DNA from: Trichinella spiralis
Taxonomy: Eukaryota
Assembly (NCBI RefSeq): GCF_000181795.1
Contig: NW_003526943.1
Location: 6,131,806-6,195,805, forward strand
DNA length: 64,000 nt
Reading direction: 5' to 3'
Notes under the pieces: generated by a model
Told to the model about the DNA's origin: nothing
Database searches by the model: none
Seen by the model: the letters and a program-made list of their open reading frames with translations, nothing else
Shown: piece after piece, positions 1 to 13,194 of the stretch
How positions within the stretch are numbered: the first letter of the stretch is position 1
How the letters are laid out: each line of letters begins with the position of its first letter
Made by a program: the position numbers and the translations under genes

Positions 1-2654
1 CTGACAGTTGGGAGCCAACTGTCCATTCACTTTTGATTGATGACTGTTTCCAGATGACCGTTTCAGTCAACAAATCGCTAAGTGAAAGCAACTGGCATTT
101 TGCAATTCAAAGCATAATAGCAGAATTTTCTTCATGTTGCAATTTTGCGTATAATTTACACTATTATTGCAGTTGCTAGTCAAGCCTGAATAATTTCCTT
201 TGCGTCAAGCTATCTTTAATCTTTTTAACCGACCTTACTATATGCACTATTCAGCATTTGAAGAATTTTTTCTAAATTTTAATTTCTATTCTTCTTATTA
301 TCTTAAATCAGGGCTGTCCAAAGCATGGTTCGCCAGTCGATCTGATTTCACACTTGAAAAAGATAAAATAATTTGCATCGAATGCATATTAGATATTTTA
401 ATTCTGTCACTCGATATTTCTAATTTTATTTTGTGCATTCATATCATTATATATGCAGGTGTTTTTCAAATATTAGATATGTCAACAACAAATTAACATG
501 TTTTTAAAGCAATTTTTCGGCAGTTTTGGAAAAAATTCCGCAACTTGTATGTTTTATTTTTGCAAACGCATTTTGTCTGCTGTTTCAATAAAAACTTTTC
601 TAAGCACCACGACTTAATTTTCCTACGAAATTTTAGTATGCTTGCTAAACCTACCCAACTAGCAGTTGTACTCTCCAAGTAATTAAATATATATATTTTT
701 TTATGCTACATTTATTTCTCGAACAAATCTTTTTTTACTTATGCTGTTTTCATTTCATCAAAAGTTGGACAGCAAATTTCAAATGTTTGTTTAATTTGTG
801 ATAAAATTATAAAATTTATGATATGATGTTCATAAATTTATGAAAAAATAAATAAATGTTTGTTTAAACTTCTTGCTTATAATGACTTCTTATAAGTCAG
901 GCATTTCAAGAAATGTTTTTTTATTTTGAAGAATAGTAAAATTATATGAATTTCAACATTTTTTAAGAATATTTTAGTGTTTTCTTATTTTATGTTTCTC
1001 AAAAGTTTGAAAAATTTATTAGTTGATCAATGCTAAATTCAATTGTGATTAATGGGATCCACATTCACGTTCATTTTCAAAATGGATAGAAAAGCGAATA
1101 AACAAAGCAGTTGTTATAATACTGGACAATATGTTACTTTTGATTAGAAAATTTATTGCATATAATTTTTCAGTTTTACTTTCCTGAAACAGAGCAAAGC
1201 AAAGTTTAAGGCAAAACAAGTTTATTATGCTTGACCAATAGAATGTAGCCAAATGATGAAATATACGCAGCATTGTAAAGGGAAGAAAACTTTGTTTTTA
1301 AGCTTATAATTGCAAAATACAAGCTAGCTTTTACTTTGAGACAATGAAACAGTCATGAATTAAAATTGAATGAACAGTGGCTTGCAACTTTTAGTACAGC
1401 TATTAACTGAAAGTGAAACTGGAAGATGATATGCAATACATTGTTTAACGAAAAGTAAATAAAATATTGTCTCGTATCTCAACAATAGCTTGACTTCACT
1501 TCATGTCACTGTTTCATGTTCATGACTATCGACAAGAATTTGCATTCAACATTAAGATACCAACGAAAATTATAATACAGTAAACAAGTAAATGCTTATT
1601 AAGTTAATAACTGCAACTATGAAAGTAAACATTAATTTCTTCAAGGAACAAATTATTGTATAAAATGTATGATTATTAGGAATTATTATTCAGTTTTTTA
1701 ATATAGGATTCAAAATGCATCCTCAATGAAAAATTAAATAGACTAGACGTTTATTTGCATTTCTGTTATTGTGATTTTTGTTTGTGTGTTATGGAAAACC
1801 TGTGAATAAGCGCACTTGTAATTTTGTAGCTGTAAACTATCAGGAAACAATTTCACTGGAATTCAACAAAAGCAAGCAAGCTATTTCTTTTTAATTTTAT
1901 AACTGTTTTTAAATGAACCGCTTTACTCAAGAATCTTAAAAAGAACAACTAATAATAACCCCTTTTTATTTTTTGTGCTTGAATTTGTTCATATTTCTGT
2001 AACCTATTACCATGACTCACAATGTGTATTAAGTTTTCATTGCATGGAAATTATAATTTAATATAGGGTAAGTTTGTCAACTGAGACATCAATTTTACCG
2101 ACAAACATAAAGTAGCAAAACAACATTGCACTTCCATACAAAGCCAGATGAACAGCTATTTTTGTTCCCCAGTGTGGATTTTTCATTTCAACAGAAAAAG
2201 TCACTTTACTCAAATCGTGCTGTTACTTAAAGTTATAGTAACTCTACTTTCATTCCTTAAAACTAAATATATACACATGTATGGATATTTTTCCTATTCA
2301 TATATAAATGCAATATTTTATTGAATTGTGATGAAATTTCAATAAATAAGTACAATTAAAAACTATATAATTTTAAAAAAATGCATCTATTAGAAAGCTT
2401 TAAATTTATTCAGAAAACTTATCATTGATAAGAAACCAATATTTGACAAATAGAATGTATAAAAGCGACAACCAACGAAATTGAGTTGCAAAAAGGGAGG
2501 CGGAGTTTGTTGGGGAAGCAGTTCTACCCTTGATGAAACGATTTCTTATGATTCATGTTCTCAGTGTTCTATTATGCATGGTTGGAATAAATTAATTTTT
2601 TCAAGCAAGGTTATTTGAATGTTTCCAAATCGAAAAGAAGCAAAATATCATCAT

Positions 2655-4849
2655 TTACATTGTAGTGTCGGTGAATTTGTTAAAGACCGAAGCGGATTGT
2701 GCTGTCTGAAGATTTTCTGTCTTACAACAGAACGTTTCTTTGGCAGTGGCTTTCAATTCTTTGCTTTTGTATATTCGAAGCGTGGGATACAGTGCATTGC
2801 TGAGTATTGCCGGAAGCCACGCATAACTGAGTGCACCGCCTAGGAGTGGTTTGAAATAAATAAGGAAGCTGGCAATTTGTGGAATGGTCAAAGAGAAGAA
2901 TGTCAAAGTGACCAAAATGCTGGTGTGCTTCAGCACCGTCGCCCTTCGACGTGCCTGTACCATTTTGACTTGTTCGCTTAAAATTTTCCTATTGCGTCCC
3001 AAATCGGCCACAGTAATGATCAACAAAGAAACGTTGAAACAGCTTATAATGAAAGAATAAATGTAATAAGAAATGAAATATTTCGGTCCCATTACATCAC
3101 TGACAAAACAGCAAGCCGAGATGACATTGTCTGCCCTGCTGAAAATAATTCCCATAAATAGAACCATTTGAGCAATTCCAATGGCATAAACTATTATTAT
3201 GAAACGATTCACATTTTTGTTGTGAATTTTGAAATGTGAAAATTTGCAACACACTGTCATAAAGCAGTCCACACTGGAAAGGGCAGCTATACATGATATC
3301 AGTTGATCAGCCAGTGGATAAATGATCAACTGCGGTTGAAGGAGCAGACATTGCGGAGGTGAGGTGAAATTCATCAACGTACAGTTCACTATTAACCTTC
3401 TTCCAAATGTCGCAATGTAAGCAAGCGATAGCAAAACAACGGCTGAAGCATAAGCTGAAATATTATAGATATTTATTTTTAATTTTTTAAAACAAAGAAC
3501 AGTAATTAAATTGAACTTACAATCTGAAAAGAATTTAAAATTTTATCTATCGATTTCTAAATAATGCAGTAGAAATTTTGCATTGCAAACTATCATCAAC
3601 TATTTATATTAATAAAGGAAATACAAAACAAAAAAAATTTAATAATGCAATAATTTATAAAAAAAAAGAATACGAAAGCTAATTACGTTCTTGCAACTGT
3701 TGCAATTAGGAAAACAATTATTTTTTACGAATAAATTTCCCACACAATGCTTAAGATAATGGAAAATTACAATTTAAATATAGCAGTATAATTAAAAGCA
3801 ATTCGAATAATGACAGTCATTTGAAAAAATTCGACAATTTGAAACAGGAATTTAAAATGGATAAATTCGCAGGCTTTCATTTATGCAAGCTCTGCTTTAT
3901 TTAACTGATTGAAGTTAAGCATTAATTTAATTGATCGCACAAATTAAAACTGATGTTCACCGTTTAAAGTCAAGTGAATACAAAGTGTACAGAGGATATC
4001 GAATAATTGCTCTAAATAGTAAATGTTAAAGTCAATTCATTTTCCATTCAAATGGTTCGATTATTAACCGAATCCAAATTGCGTAAAATTACAAAGTACA
4101 ATTAACTGTGTACAAAAAGAAAATTATATTCCATTTGAAAAATTTCATGCGCCAATAAAATTAACTTAATCGATATATTCATAAATTTTATGCTTCCAGT
4201 TACAAGTTAAATATATTACACAACAATTGAACAGAACCGTTTAATATATTATTCAAACAGATATGTAAATGTTTATCAAATGTGTGTCTCAAACGGATGA
4301 GTGAGTTTTTATCAAAAATATCAAGAAATGCAGTATCAATTAACTTATCATATCATAATTTTAAATCATATGAAATACAGTATGACTATTCAGACGTTAC
4401 ACACAGGGAAAATTTTAAATATTGCTTCAACTTCAAACTGTATGTAGAAGAACAGCGCCTTTTATCAACATTTTAATTGGCGTTTTGCAATATCGAATCT
4501 TAAGCATATTTTACTTAAATAATAGAATTTACTTGAAAAACGGTAAAATTTGTTGTAATACTTCAACGAATTTTTTACTTGCCCCTTACTAGTAGTTTAA
4601 CTTTTGGATAGATTGACAATGACAGTTGTTAAAATTAACCGAAACATTAATTTTGTTCAAAGTCTTACCAAAAGAAATTTTTTCCAACTTATTTGGTCTT
4701 TTTCTCTTCAATATGAGATACATCAACGTTAAATTGGAAACAGTGGCAATGAATGAAAAGCATGCTAATATAATGATGAACGGTGAAACGCTTGTGGAAT
4801 TTCCTGAAGATGACGAAAGTTCTGATTTATTTGCCGTAGTGTTAAGCAT
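2655..4849 (-). CDS. 7TM serpentine/chemoreceptor-like GPCR, 2 exons (4849-4669, 3454-2655), ~326 aa
   Basis: Phase-1 GT-AG intron joins ...LEKISF to AYASAVVLLSLAYIATF. About seven hydrophobic segments, N-terminal NxT/NxS sites and a TM7-like SNALYPTLRIYKSKELK end. Confidence 0.8.
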
Positions 4850-5839
4850 CAGAGCTGGCAAAAGAAAATAAATTTCTATTCAACACTTTTACGCAGCAGA
4901 GATGCGGAGAGCAATGAGGCAAATATGTTTGGTCTGAAAAAATAAAGTGCATCAATAAATATGATAATTTAAATTTGAAACAGTCAAGAAAAGTTAATTG
5001 TACATTTTCACCGCTAGAAGAATTTCTTTGTTTTGAAAATTTATTCAACCAGTAATTAATTAATTGAACAACGGGCAAGCGTTAATGACCAGCGCTGACA
5101 GCAGTTTCATGAATACTTGATCAAAGCTTTGTGATCTGAAAGCACTTGCGTAACGAACAGGACAAATAAAAAAGAATAAGTTTGCAGATTTACTGTTTAC
5201 TTCTCCTGCAATAAGTAATTTCAGAATCAATAAATTTACTAAGTGAACAATTTATTTCCTTCTATATCTTATTCAAAGCAAAGACTTACAACAATTATTT
5301 TTTTTAATTAATAATTTTGAATTTCACAACTGCGTGGCAGTTTTTCAAAATTTCACTTTTATCGTTTAAAAGCACTTATTACAAATTATGCAAATTTTCT
5401 CATACTTATTTATTTGTATAAAAATTACAATTAATAAATTTATTTCATGATATTCCAATGTCTCCATAATATATCTGGTAAATAAAATACGCTCAATTAT
5501 TTTCTTAATCATTATCATTCACTTCAATAATTTTTGTTTCATACTTTTAGAAACTTCCAAAAAATTTAAAACATTACACCATATTATAATTTAAAGTGAC
5601 AGCAATTCAGAAGAGTAGCAGAGATCGTGATCTGTTTATGTATGATTGCATCTATTCTTCGGTTTATATATTTATTTTAAAAGCTTTATTTTATATGAAT
5701 GTAATATTAAATAATTACTGCTTTATTTAAGTTTTTTGGTCCTAATTTGGTGCAGTAAAATTCATAAGCAGTAAAAGAAGAAATTTTATTTATTAGGAAA
5801 TTTTAATGTAATTTACTTTTTAATTATTAACTCTTTGAT

Positions 5840-6015
5840 CAGGGGCATTGATTTTCCAATTTATACGGGGGGGCGGATGTAGCATCCAGAAGATTTATTT
5901 GGGATCCAGGGGATAGACATAGTGAGAGTTGCGTAAAATTTTTCCCAATGCGGGGGAGGGGGAAGGAGGCGGCCGCCCAAGTCGCGCCCTCCCTTTATCA
6001 ACGCTATTGCCTCTG
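5840..6015. mobile_element. Short GC-rich MITE-like element with hAT-like CAG...CTG ends
   Basis: Left end (AT)CAGGGGCATTG; right end CTATTGCCTCTG(AT), an imperfect ~13-bp inverted repeat. GC-rich interior in AT-rich DNA. No TSD seen. Confidence 0.45.
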
Positions 6016-6194
6016 ATAGATTCTTGGGGTAGAATCTACTTCAGGATGCTTTGTATGTGCAGCATTCCGTCATTTTTCATTTTTATGATTTGAAGCTTTG
6101 TGATACCTCTTTTGACACATTATATCATGTTTTGAAAAAATCCCTTTGGTGTTTCAGGACTTTTGTTAAGTCTGTAGAACATCGTAAAGTTCAA

Positions 6195-7374
6195 ATGTAC
6201 GTTTTTGGATTCTTCGGATGAAATCCACACCACACCGGAAGAACACGTGTGAAAACCCTCAACAATGTTGAATCTGTATGAAATTTGTTTCAATAGATAC
6301 TACTACTGTGTCAATATTATGCGTTTGAATCAAAAAATAATTTCAATAATTTTTAAGCTTTTCCGTGTTCAAAATTGCAATGAAATTCGCGTTGAAAATC
6401 GTTAATTTTTGATTTTTTTATTTTCCAGACTAATTTTTATAATATTTTCCAAACAAATGATTGCTTGCAGTTTAGTACGCTATTATACATTTCTTAAAAC
6501 AAAAATGGGGTTTTTAGCTATTTTTTGGCTTCAGACGAGCACCTTTTAGTGAGACTTCTATGGGTTTTTACATACACATATGAACTGATGTTGAAGAAGA
6601 AAGCTATACTTCACATTGCTTTTTTTGGTCATCGTACCCGAAGTTCAGTATGAATCATTAAAATTTGTTTTGGTTCAATATGTTGAACTGCATCTCTTAT
6701 CTGGACCTCTATCCGGAAAGTCGCACCGTTAAAAGCTTCTCCTGATCGAATGTGGCAAATCTTTTGTGGACATTTGTGGACGTACTGCCAGCCCGTTACA
6801 TGCGCTTCCTTACACAGTAAGAAAAGCCACTGAATCTGTGGGAGCAGCGATGACAGCAAAGCGGCCAGCTGCAATGAACGATCAAAAAGCCATCCCAAAA
6901 AGGTGCAGCTTTTGCGACAGTATAAAGATCAAAGAGTCGGCATCTGGTGCAGCAAATGTAGAACCCCAAGTTGCAATGATCACTTTTACCTCTTTTGTGA
7001 AAATTGCTTTGATCAGCCTGGCATGTCCAAACAAACCTGGATCGGCAGATTTACAACGTCAATTTTGTTGAATTTTTCGGCAAGTAAGGAATTGAAATTT
7101 AGCGTCATGCAGTGAAAACTATCATTTGTTTGGGAAATATTACAAAAATTAGTCTGACAGGTGAAAAAAATCAAAAATAATTTTTCAACCTTAATTTTGT
7201 TGCATTTTTAGCCGTGGAAAGGCTTAAAAATTATTAAAATTAATCATTTTTTGATTAAAATATATAAACAGACTTAGTACTATCTACTGAATCAACTTTT
7301 ATAAGCAGTCACATGTTTTGCACTTTTTTTCTGATGTAGGGTGAATTCCACCTGAAAAATCCAAAAACGTACAT
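6195..7374 (+). mobile_element. Non-autonomous DNA transposon with ~260-bp imperfect TIRs enclosing a piggyBac-type transposase C-terminal remnant
   Basis: 6195-6461 is an imperfect reverse complement of 7121-7374 (ATGTACGTTTTTGGATT / AATCCAAAAACGTACAT; CAGACTAATTTTTATAATATTTTCCAAACAAATGAT / ATCATTTGTTTGGGAAATATTACAAAAATTAGTCTG). The interior encodes KRCSFCDSIK, a frameshift, then DQRVGIWCSKCRTPSCNDHFYLFCENC. Confidence 0.75.
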
Positions 7375-8753
7375 AGCGCCAACAATCCATCAGAGGCTTA
7401 CTGTAATAATAATATAAAGTAATTAAAATTGCACACTTGCAATTTCAATTATTATTGTTCTTTATAAGAATAAAGACATATATAACATTTGTTCCATTTA
7501 TTAGGATAACAGCACTTGAGAATGGGCAGAGAATGTATTGCGCAGAAACAATTGTCATAAATAACTAAAAGTAAAACAGTTAGAAATTTCAAAATGTTAT
7601 ATTTCTATCTATAATTTTAATATCATTAATGTTGAAGTAGATTATTTATTTTTACACTATTGCTAAATCAAGCTGTTATAATAAAGTAAAAAATATATCA
7701 GATTTAAATGCAACAAGTGAATTTATTAATATTTAATAGATTTTCCTGTTTAATGCGGCATTTAACAATTAATATGTATATGTGTATATTTGTGCATATA
7801 TATTAAACTTTAAAAGCATTTTACTTTTTATTTTATTTAATATTTTATTGATCTGAGAGAAGCAATTTATATATGTTTGGCAACTGTTTATAACTATCAG
7901 TTGCATTCTAATTTTGCTTCATCAAAAACAATCGGTAAGTTACATTCAACGTTTAATAAATTTAAAAATTGATTTAAAAGGTAACGTTTCGTGTATTTTG
8001 TTACAAATTAGATGCGATAATTTATTTCATTGTCAATTAGAGCTTCATCATCATCAACGTCATTATTTAGAAAATAGCAATAAACAATGAAAATAAGCCT
8101 TACTTCTTTGCTTAAACGGATTATTAAATGGAATGAAATTATAGCATGCAGAAGTAACTTTTTAACTTTTTTGAGGTATGAACTTATTAAAAGTATAAAT
8201 TGTGTAATGTCCTAGGCGTGGTTATTTCTTTTAACTTAGTCCTCTGCATGCTTTTCGTGTCTGACTGCCCACGCTGGCTGTGACAAGTGCTTCCTAGCCA
8301 TGGTAATAATAAGAATTTTGTTAAGCTTTATTATGCAATGCAAACTTTACCTCCTCCTTCATAGTTCTAAGTGAACGGTAGTATTGGCCTTCACTCTGCC
8401 GTTACTTCTATTTTACATTTCATCTGCATCTCCCGCTGCTTGTTTTGCTTCTTTTTGTACTTTCTGTTTGTAATTTTGATGCATTGATTCAACACATTTG
8501 GTGTGCCATATGATTTCCGCCCTTTTTGTCTTCGATCCATTGCCTATACACTCATAAACCATCTCTTATTTTATAATCAGAACTTGTAACAGCTATATGA
8601 CATTGCACACTTGAAATAAGAATAACACTGCTAATGCATAGTCAAACTGCAGCTAATATTGGTGAGAAAGTTCATAACAATCATTTCAAAATGAAGTCAT
8701 TGTTAATCATTCTAGTGGATAATAATTTCATACACACATGTAATATTGAATCT

Positions 8754-8791
8754 ATTTAATTTAATTTAATTTAATTTAATTTAATTTAATT
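8754..8791. repeat. (ATTTA)n microsatellite
   Basis: About seven tandem pentamer copies. Confidence 0.95.
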
Positions 8792-10295
8792 ACAGAATAT
8801 TATTTTCCCTATCACAACTTGCACTTCTGTGCACAAATATAAAAGATGGCTACTTGCTTGCGTGGTCAGAAGCTTTACTCTACTTTTTGAATAACTAATC
8901 ATCATTTAAGAAGCATTTCTTTTAAAATCAAAATTAATTTAAATAATTTAATGAATAATATTTTGTTTTTTAATTTATATATTAATAAATGTATTAATAA
9001 TATTCAATATTAAATTAATTAAATTAACAATTATTTCATAATTTTAAAATTCCACTTGCCTTAATTTTGAAATTCTCTATTAGTTGTTTCTATATCCTGA
9101 TTCTTTTTACTGATTAAAATAAAAGTATTGTATACTGAGAACTTACTTAGAACTAACATTTAGAACTACTTACTTTTTCAGTTTTCTTACTGAACGACAT
9201 TTACTCATATAAATGAATTTCTTAGATGCACTAATAAAGTTTTCCATGTTGAATGTTATTTTGCATTTACTCACCGTTTTTAATCTAAATGAATTTCATT
9301 ATTTTGTGGTAAAAAATATTATGCGTTTCATTTAATTGCAATACTTGTTTGACGTGATTAACAATATTCTGCTCACAGTTTCAATACGTTTATGAAGCAT
9401 TTAGCTAATATATATGTATTTCTCACTTATCAATAAAGTCATCACCGATGGGCAGTAGCAACTGTTGACAATATTAAGCTGCGCTTCGATTCAGCAAGGA
9501 ATATATATTGTTCATTTCTTCAAGCACATCACTCTGGGGTATAGTAATGATGAATTTACTTTATAATATTTTTATTTCTAACAGAACACTTTAGTATTCA
9601 GAATTCAGTAACACTTTAATTATTATAGATTTTTCTTCTGAAAAGTACATTTTATTTAAACAATCCTTATCGCTGATAACTTTGTTAAATATTACCTAAA
9701 TTCTGGTGCATAATTTGTCACATCTCATTACATTTTTACATTTGCTGTATATCATTTTATCAATTTCTGCATTGTATTTATGTTTATGTTGCAGTAAGAA
9801 TAATTGAATTTCATTTGATATATAAACTCGTAGCGTGTGGGGTGGAATTTTCTTATTGATTCGACTCATAGTTAATTGCATACATACTAATATTAAATAC
9901 CCAAACAAACATTTCAGATAGAAATTTGTGATTATGAAGTACCCGCATCAAACAGCACTAATTTTTAAATTTAAATAATTAATTTGTGATTTTTTAAAGT
10001 GCATTTTGATTATTTTCTACAATCATCAGGATGTACCAGCAGTATAATTGGACAGTTGCCAGAAACAAATACCGTATTTGCAGTTTTACAAATAGAGCGC
10101 TGCATGGTACCAAGATCACGTATATTGAAGTAATTGTAGTAAAGTTATTCTGCACTTGCAATTACAGACAATCAGGTCCGTAGATTTTGACTTAGTCCTC
10201 ACACCAATTCAACATTCGGTAAAATTGCCCGTATCATTGATCAATCGATTTCTATTGTAGACAGATCAAAGTCGGTATTAGCCTTATCCAAATAA

Positions 10296-10582
10296 GGGGT
10301 GGTTTTACTCGGTCCCGCTTTTCTCTCATTGGTCTTTGCCCACGCTGTTTTATTAGACCGTCAAATCTTTGTTGTATTGGTTTTCATTTTATTTGGCCGT
10401 GAAGTCTTTGTCGTATTGGTTTTTTTTGTCTAATTGCTCAGTGAAATCTTTGTTGTATTGGTTTTTTTTGTCTAATTGCTCATTGATTCAAACTCTTCAG
10501 TTGTGATTAAGATTTGACGGTCCAATAAAATAGCGTGGGTAATGACCAATGAGAGAAAAGCGGGACCGAGTAGTACCAAACC
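10296..10582. mobile_element. Mutator/MULE-type MITE, 287 bp, ~70-bp TIRs, 9-bp TSD
   Basis: TCCAAATAA at 10287-10295 and 10583-10591. TIR core TACTCGGTCCCGCTTTTCTCTCATTGGTC / GACCAATGAGAGAAAAGCGGGACCGAGTA, GG...CC termini, three internal ~40-bp subrepeats. Confidence 0.9.
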
Positions 10583-13194
10583 TCCAAATAATTATGGCTA
10601 TCAAGTAAAACGATGAGCAAATAGACACACACACCTTGAGTGCAACTAAACGCTGAACAACGATAGGAGCTCAGCTGTCATTGTAATCGTCACAAACAAT
10701 AAACATAATAAGAATGCTGGTGTTTTCCTCAAGTTTACATATATAAGAAAAATCTTGGCATCACGCCAATATCAAATGGGTAGTGAAAGTAACCGTTCAC
10801 ATAATGGTAATTCTATCGTTTGGTATGCTTGCTGTTCAATCTTGCAAATAATAAACTTTTGACCTCGTTTTGGGTAGCTAAACTAACCAACTGAATCGAA
10901 GAAATGTACAAAAAAACAATTTGGTTGCCAAACGCTAACGTAGGCATATTTTCGTGCAGTATCTGGTTTCAGCTATTGGTTCGGTGTCCATATCCTGAGT
11001 TTCCTACAGTCCAAGTGCGCTCGGTTTCACATGATTGACACTTGATTTCGAAAACGGACTCAAATCTGAAATTAACTTTTAATCGCATAGTTTGAGAATT
11101 AAAGCATCAAAACAACATCACTATTTTTCGAATATCAACATCCACGGTAACACACAAAAGATGATCTTCAAGTTTGAATTGAAAATTCACTGTACAATCA
11201 TTTTGCCAAAAAAAACGTGAAAATGCATATTTCTCTTTTTTATTCTGCTTCAATCACTTCAAAATATATTCGGCATAATACGTTCTCTTAATGTGAAAGG
11301 CGATCACTGTTGTGTAAAATGCAAATAGTTCAGGAGACCAATATTAGAGCGAGCTTTCAAATTTTTTACAATTTCTAAACAAAATTATTCTAAAATAGCT
11401 TTTTATTGTAAATGAAAACATGTTTTAAGATTTAAAGTTTTCTAAGTTTTCTTCGGAAGTGGTCATATTACATCTGAGAATTCCTCTTATAATGTTAACG
11501 ATGCAAAATGATGCTGACCCCCTGATTCATTGTCATTGGCAGGGTTTTATTGCTTTGCAATAGGTCTCTGTTGGACAGAGCCGCCTGTGTGCATCTATTT
11601 CTGATTTCATCAGATCTATTGACAAATAGTACCCCTGAAGGAAGGCATAGTCACTTTTCCCACCGCAGCTAATACCCAGTAAAGTAACAACCAGTACACT
11701 TGTTCCTGATCTTTTGACAGCCTGCGCTCAAACAGTTCAGCCAAGCTGACGACAGCTCCTTCTTCTCAGAGAGAGTTAGTGTACGAAGCGGCTTGTTGAC
11801 GCCTTCCAGCAATTATTGCAAAAAAATTTCTTCATCTACCGCAGAAGCAGACCTGAGGTCATTCAAGCTGGACGCAAAATCACCCAAACAATTATCGACT
11901 TTCGCTCTCCATAGATTTTGAGCGAAATTTCCTGTAATTTTTTGAACATTTCTGTTTGGAAATCAACTTGCCCATACAGAAGTTGATAAATTTTTTTACT
12001 AAGCAAATACTGCGTCGCGCCGACCTAGTCAGTTGACGGATGCTGCTCTGCAGAGAAAACTGAAACTACACTCTGAATCCTTCATCTTCTAGAATCAACA
12101 TTTCAGGTCGTCTCCAAGATTGAATTCTTCTGGGCAACAGTATCAGCTAAGATATGGCACCCTGCTGACAAGGCTTCTGAGGCAAGTCGGTCACCGCAAT
12201 GATTCACAGCAAACTTAAGCTTTAATTCTATCAGCTAACATAAATAGTCACCAGATGCACCGGCAAACGAACACACTGCACCTCTGTCATCACTCACTCG
12301 CTCCACGCCACCAACTGCCAACCGCAATACACCTCATTTATTGCTCTACAAAAGAGATTATTTGATGCTCATGTACTATTAATTCTTCAGTGTGTTCGCC
12401 ATATTTTTTTCTTTATCTGATTGATAACTATAACTCGAATGTGTTTTGTACAGAATAATCACTTCCCAAACACAATAAATTATTGTTTAAATGAAACAGA
12501 TGTGAATATTGTTTGTTTAAATAAAATATCAGGAGAAAAAAATTTCTGTGTTATGGGATTTTATCATGAATAAAAATGTCGATTAGTTAAGTCATTCAAC
12601 TGGCAATTGTTATGCTACAAGCAGATAGAAAAGAGAATTTGTTTCAGACAATTTGCCCAATTTTGAATTACACAAAATGTCAGTTTGACATTGAGACATT
12701 TCTGAAACTGCTATTCAACAATGCCGGCATGCATGTATTGCTTTAGCCGAGCATTTTATTCGACACAGCCACATTTGATATTGAAATGAAATGAATTTTT
12801 TTTCTTTAGATGCAGTAATATAAAGAATAAATGTGCATAAAATTTGAAGATTGAGTTTTTTTGTTTTTATTATTATTGTTTCATCAAAACTGACTTAACT
12901 TAATTCAAAATCACTTGAGAATTTTTAATTCAACTCATTAAAGAAATAATCGTAGTTTAACATTGAAAATATGCCAAGAAAATTAATATTACTTCAACAA
13001 AGTGTAACTGAAATTTTCTAATTAAAATAATATTATGTTAAAATTTACGTGTACATATATATAGATTTATTTATTTATTCATATGTTATCCAATTATCTG
13101 GCATATTATTATTCGTATTATAATTATTACAGATAACTTGTGACAAACACTGTTTAAACAAAGCTATCCATTTATTCTTTCTCAACAAAGCGAA

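Noticed and set aside
3..23. Perfect 9-bp hairpin GACAGTTGG-gag-CCAACTGTC
   Set aside because: Short, at the window edge, with no supporting context.
309..773. Possible hAT MITE (CAGGGCTGTCCAA ... TTGGACAGC)
   Set aside because: Only a 9-bp inverted match; the right end lacks CTG and there is no TSD.
8200..8560. Possible LINE/RTE fragment (WHTKCVES...KQKVQKEAKQAA, minus strand)
   Set aside because: Similarity too weak to support without a search.
10362..10483. Tandem ~40-bp repeats as a CRISPR-like array
   Set aside because: No unique spacers, located inside a MITE, eukaryotic context, no cas genes.
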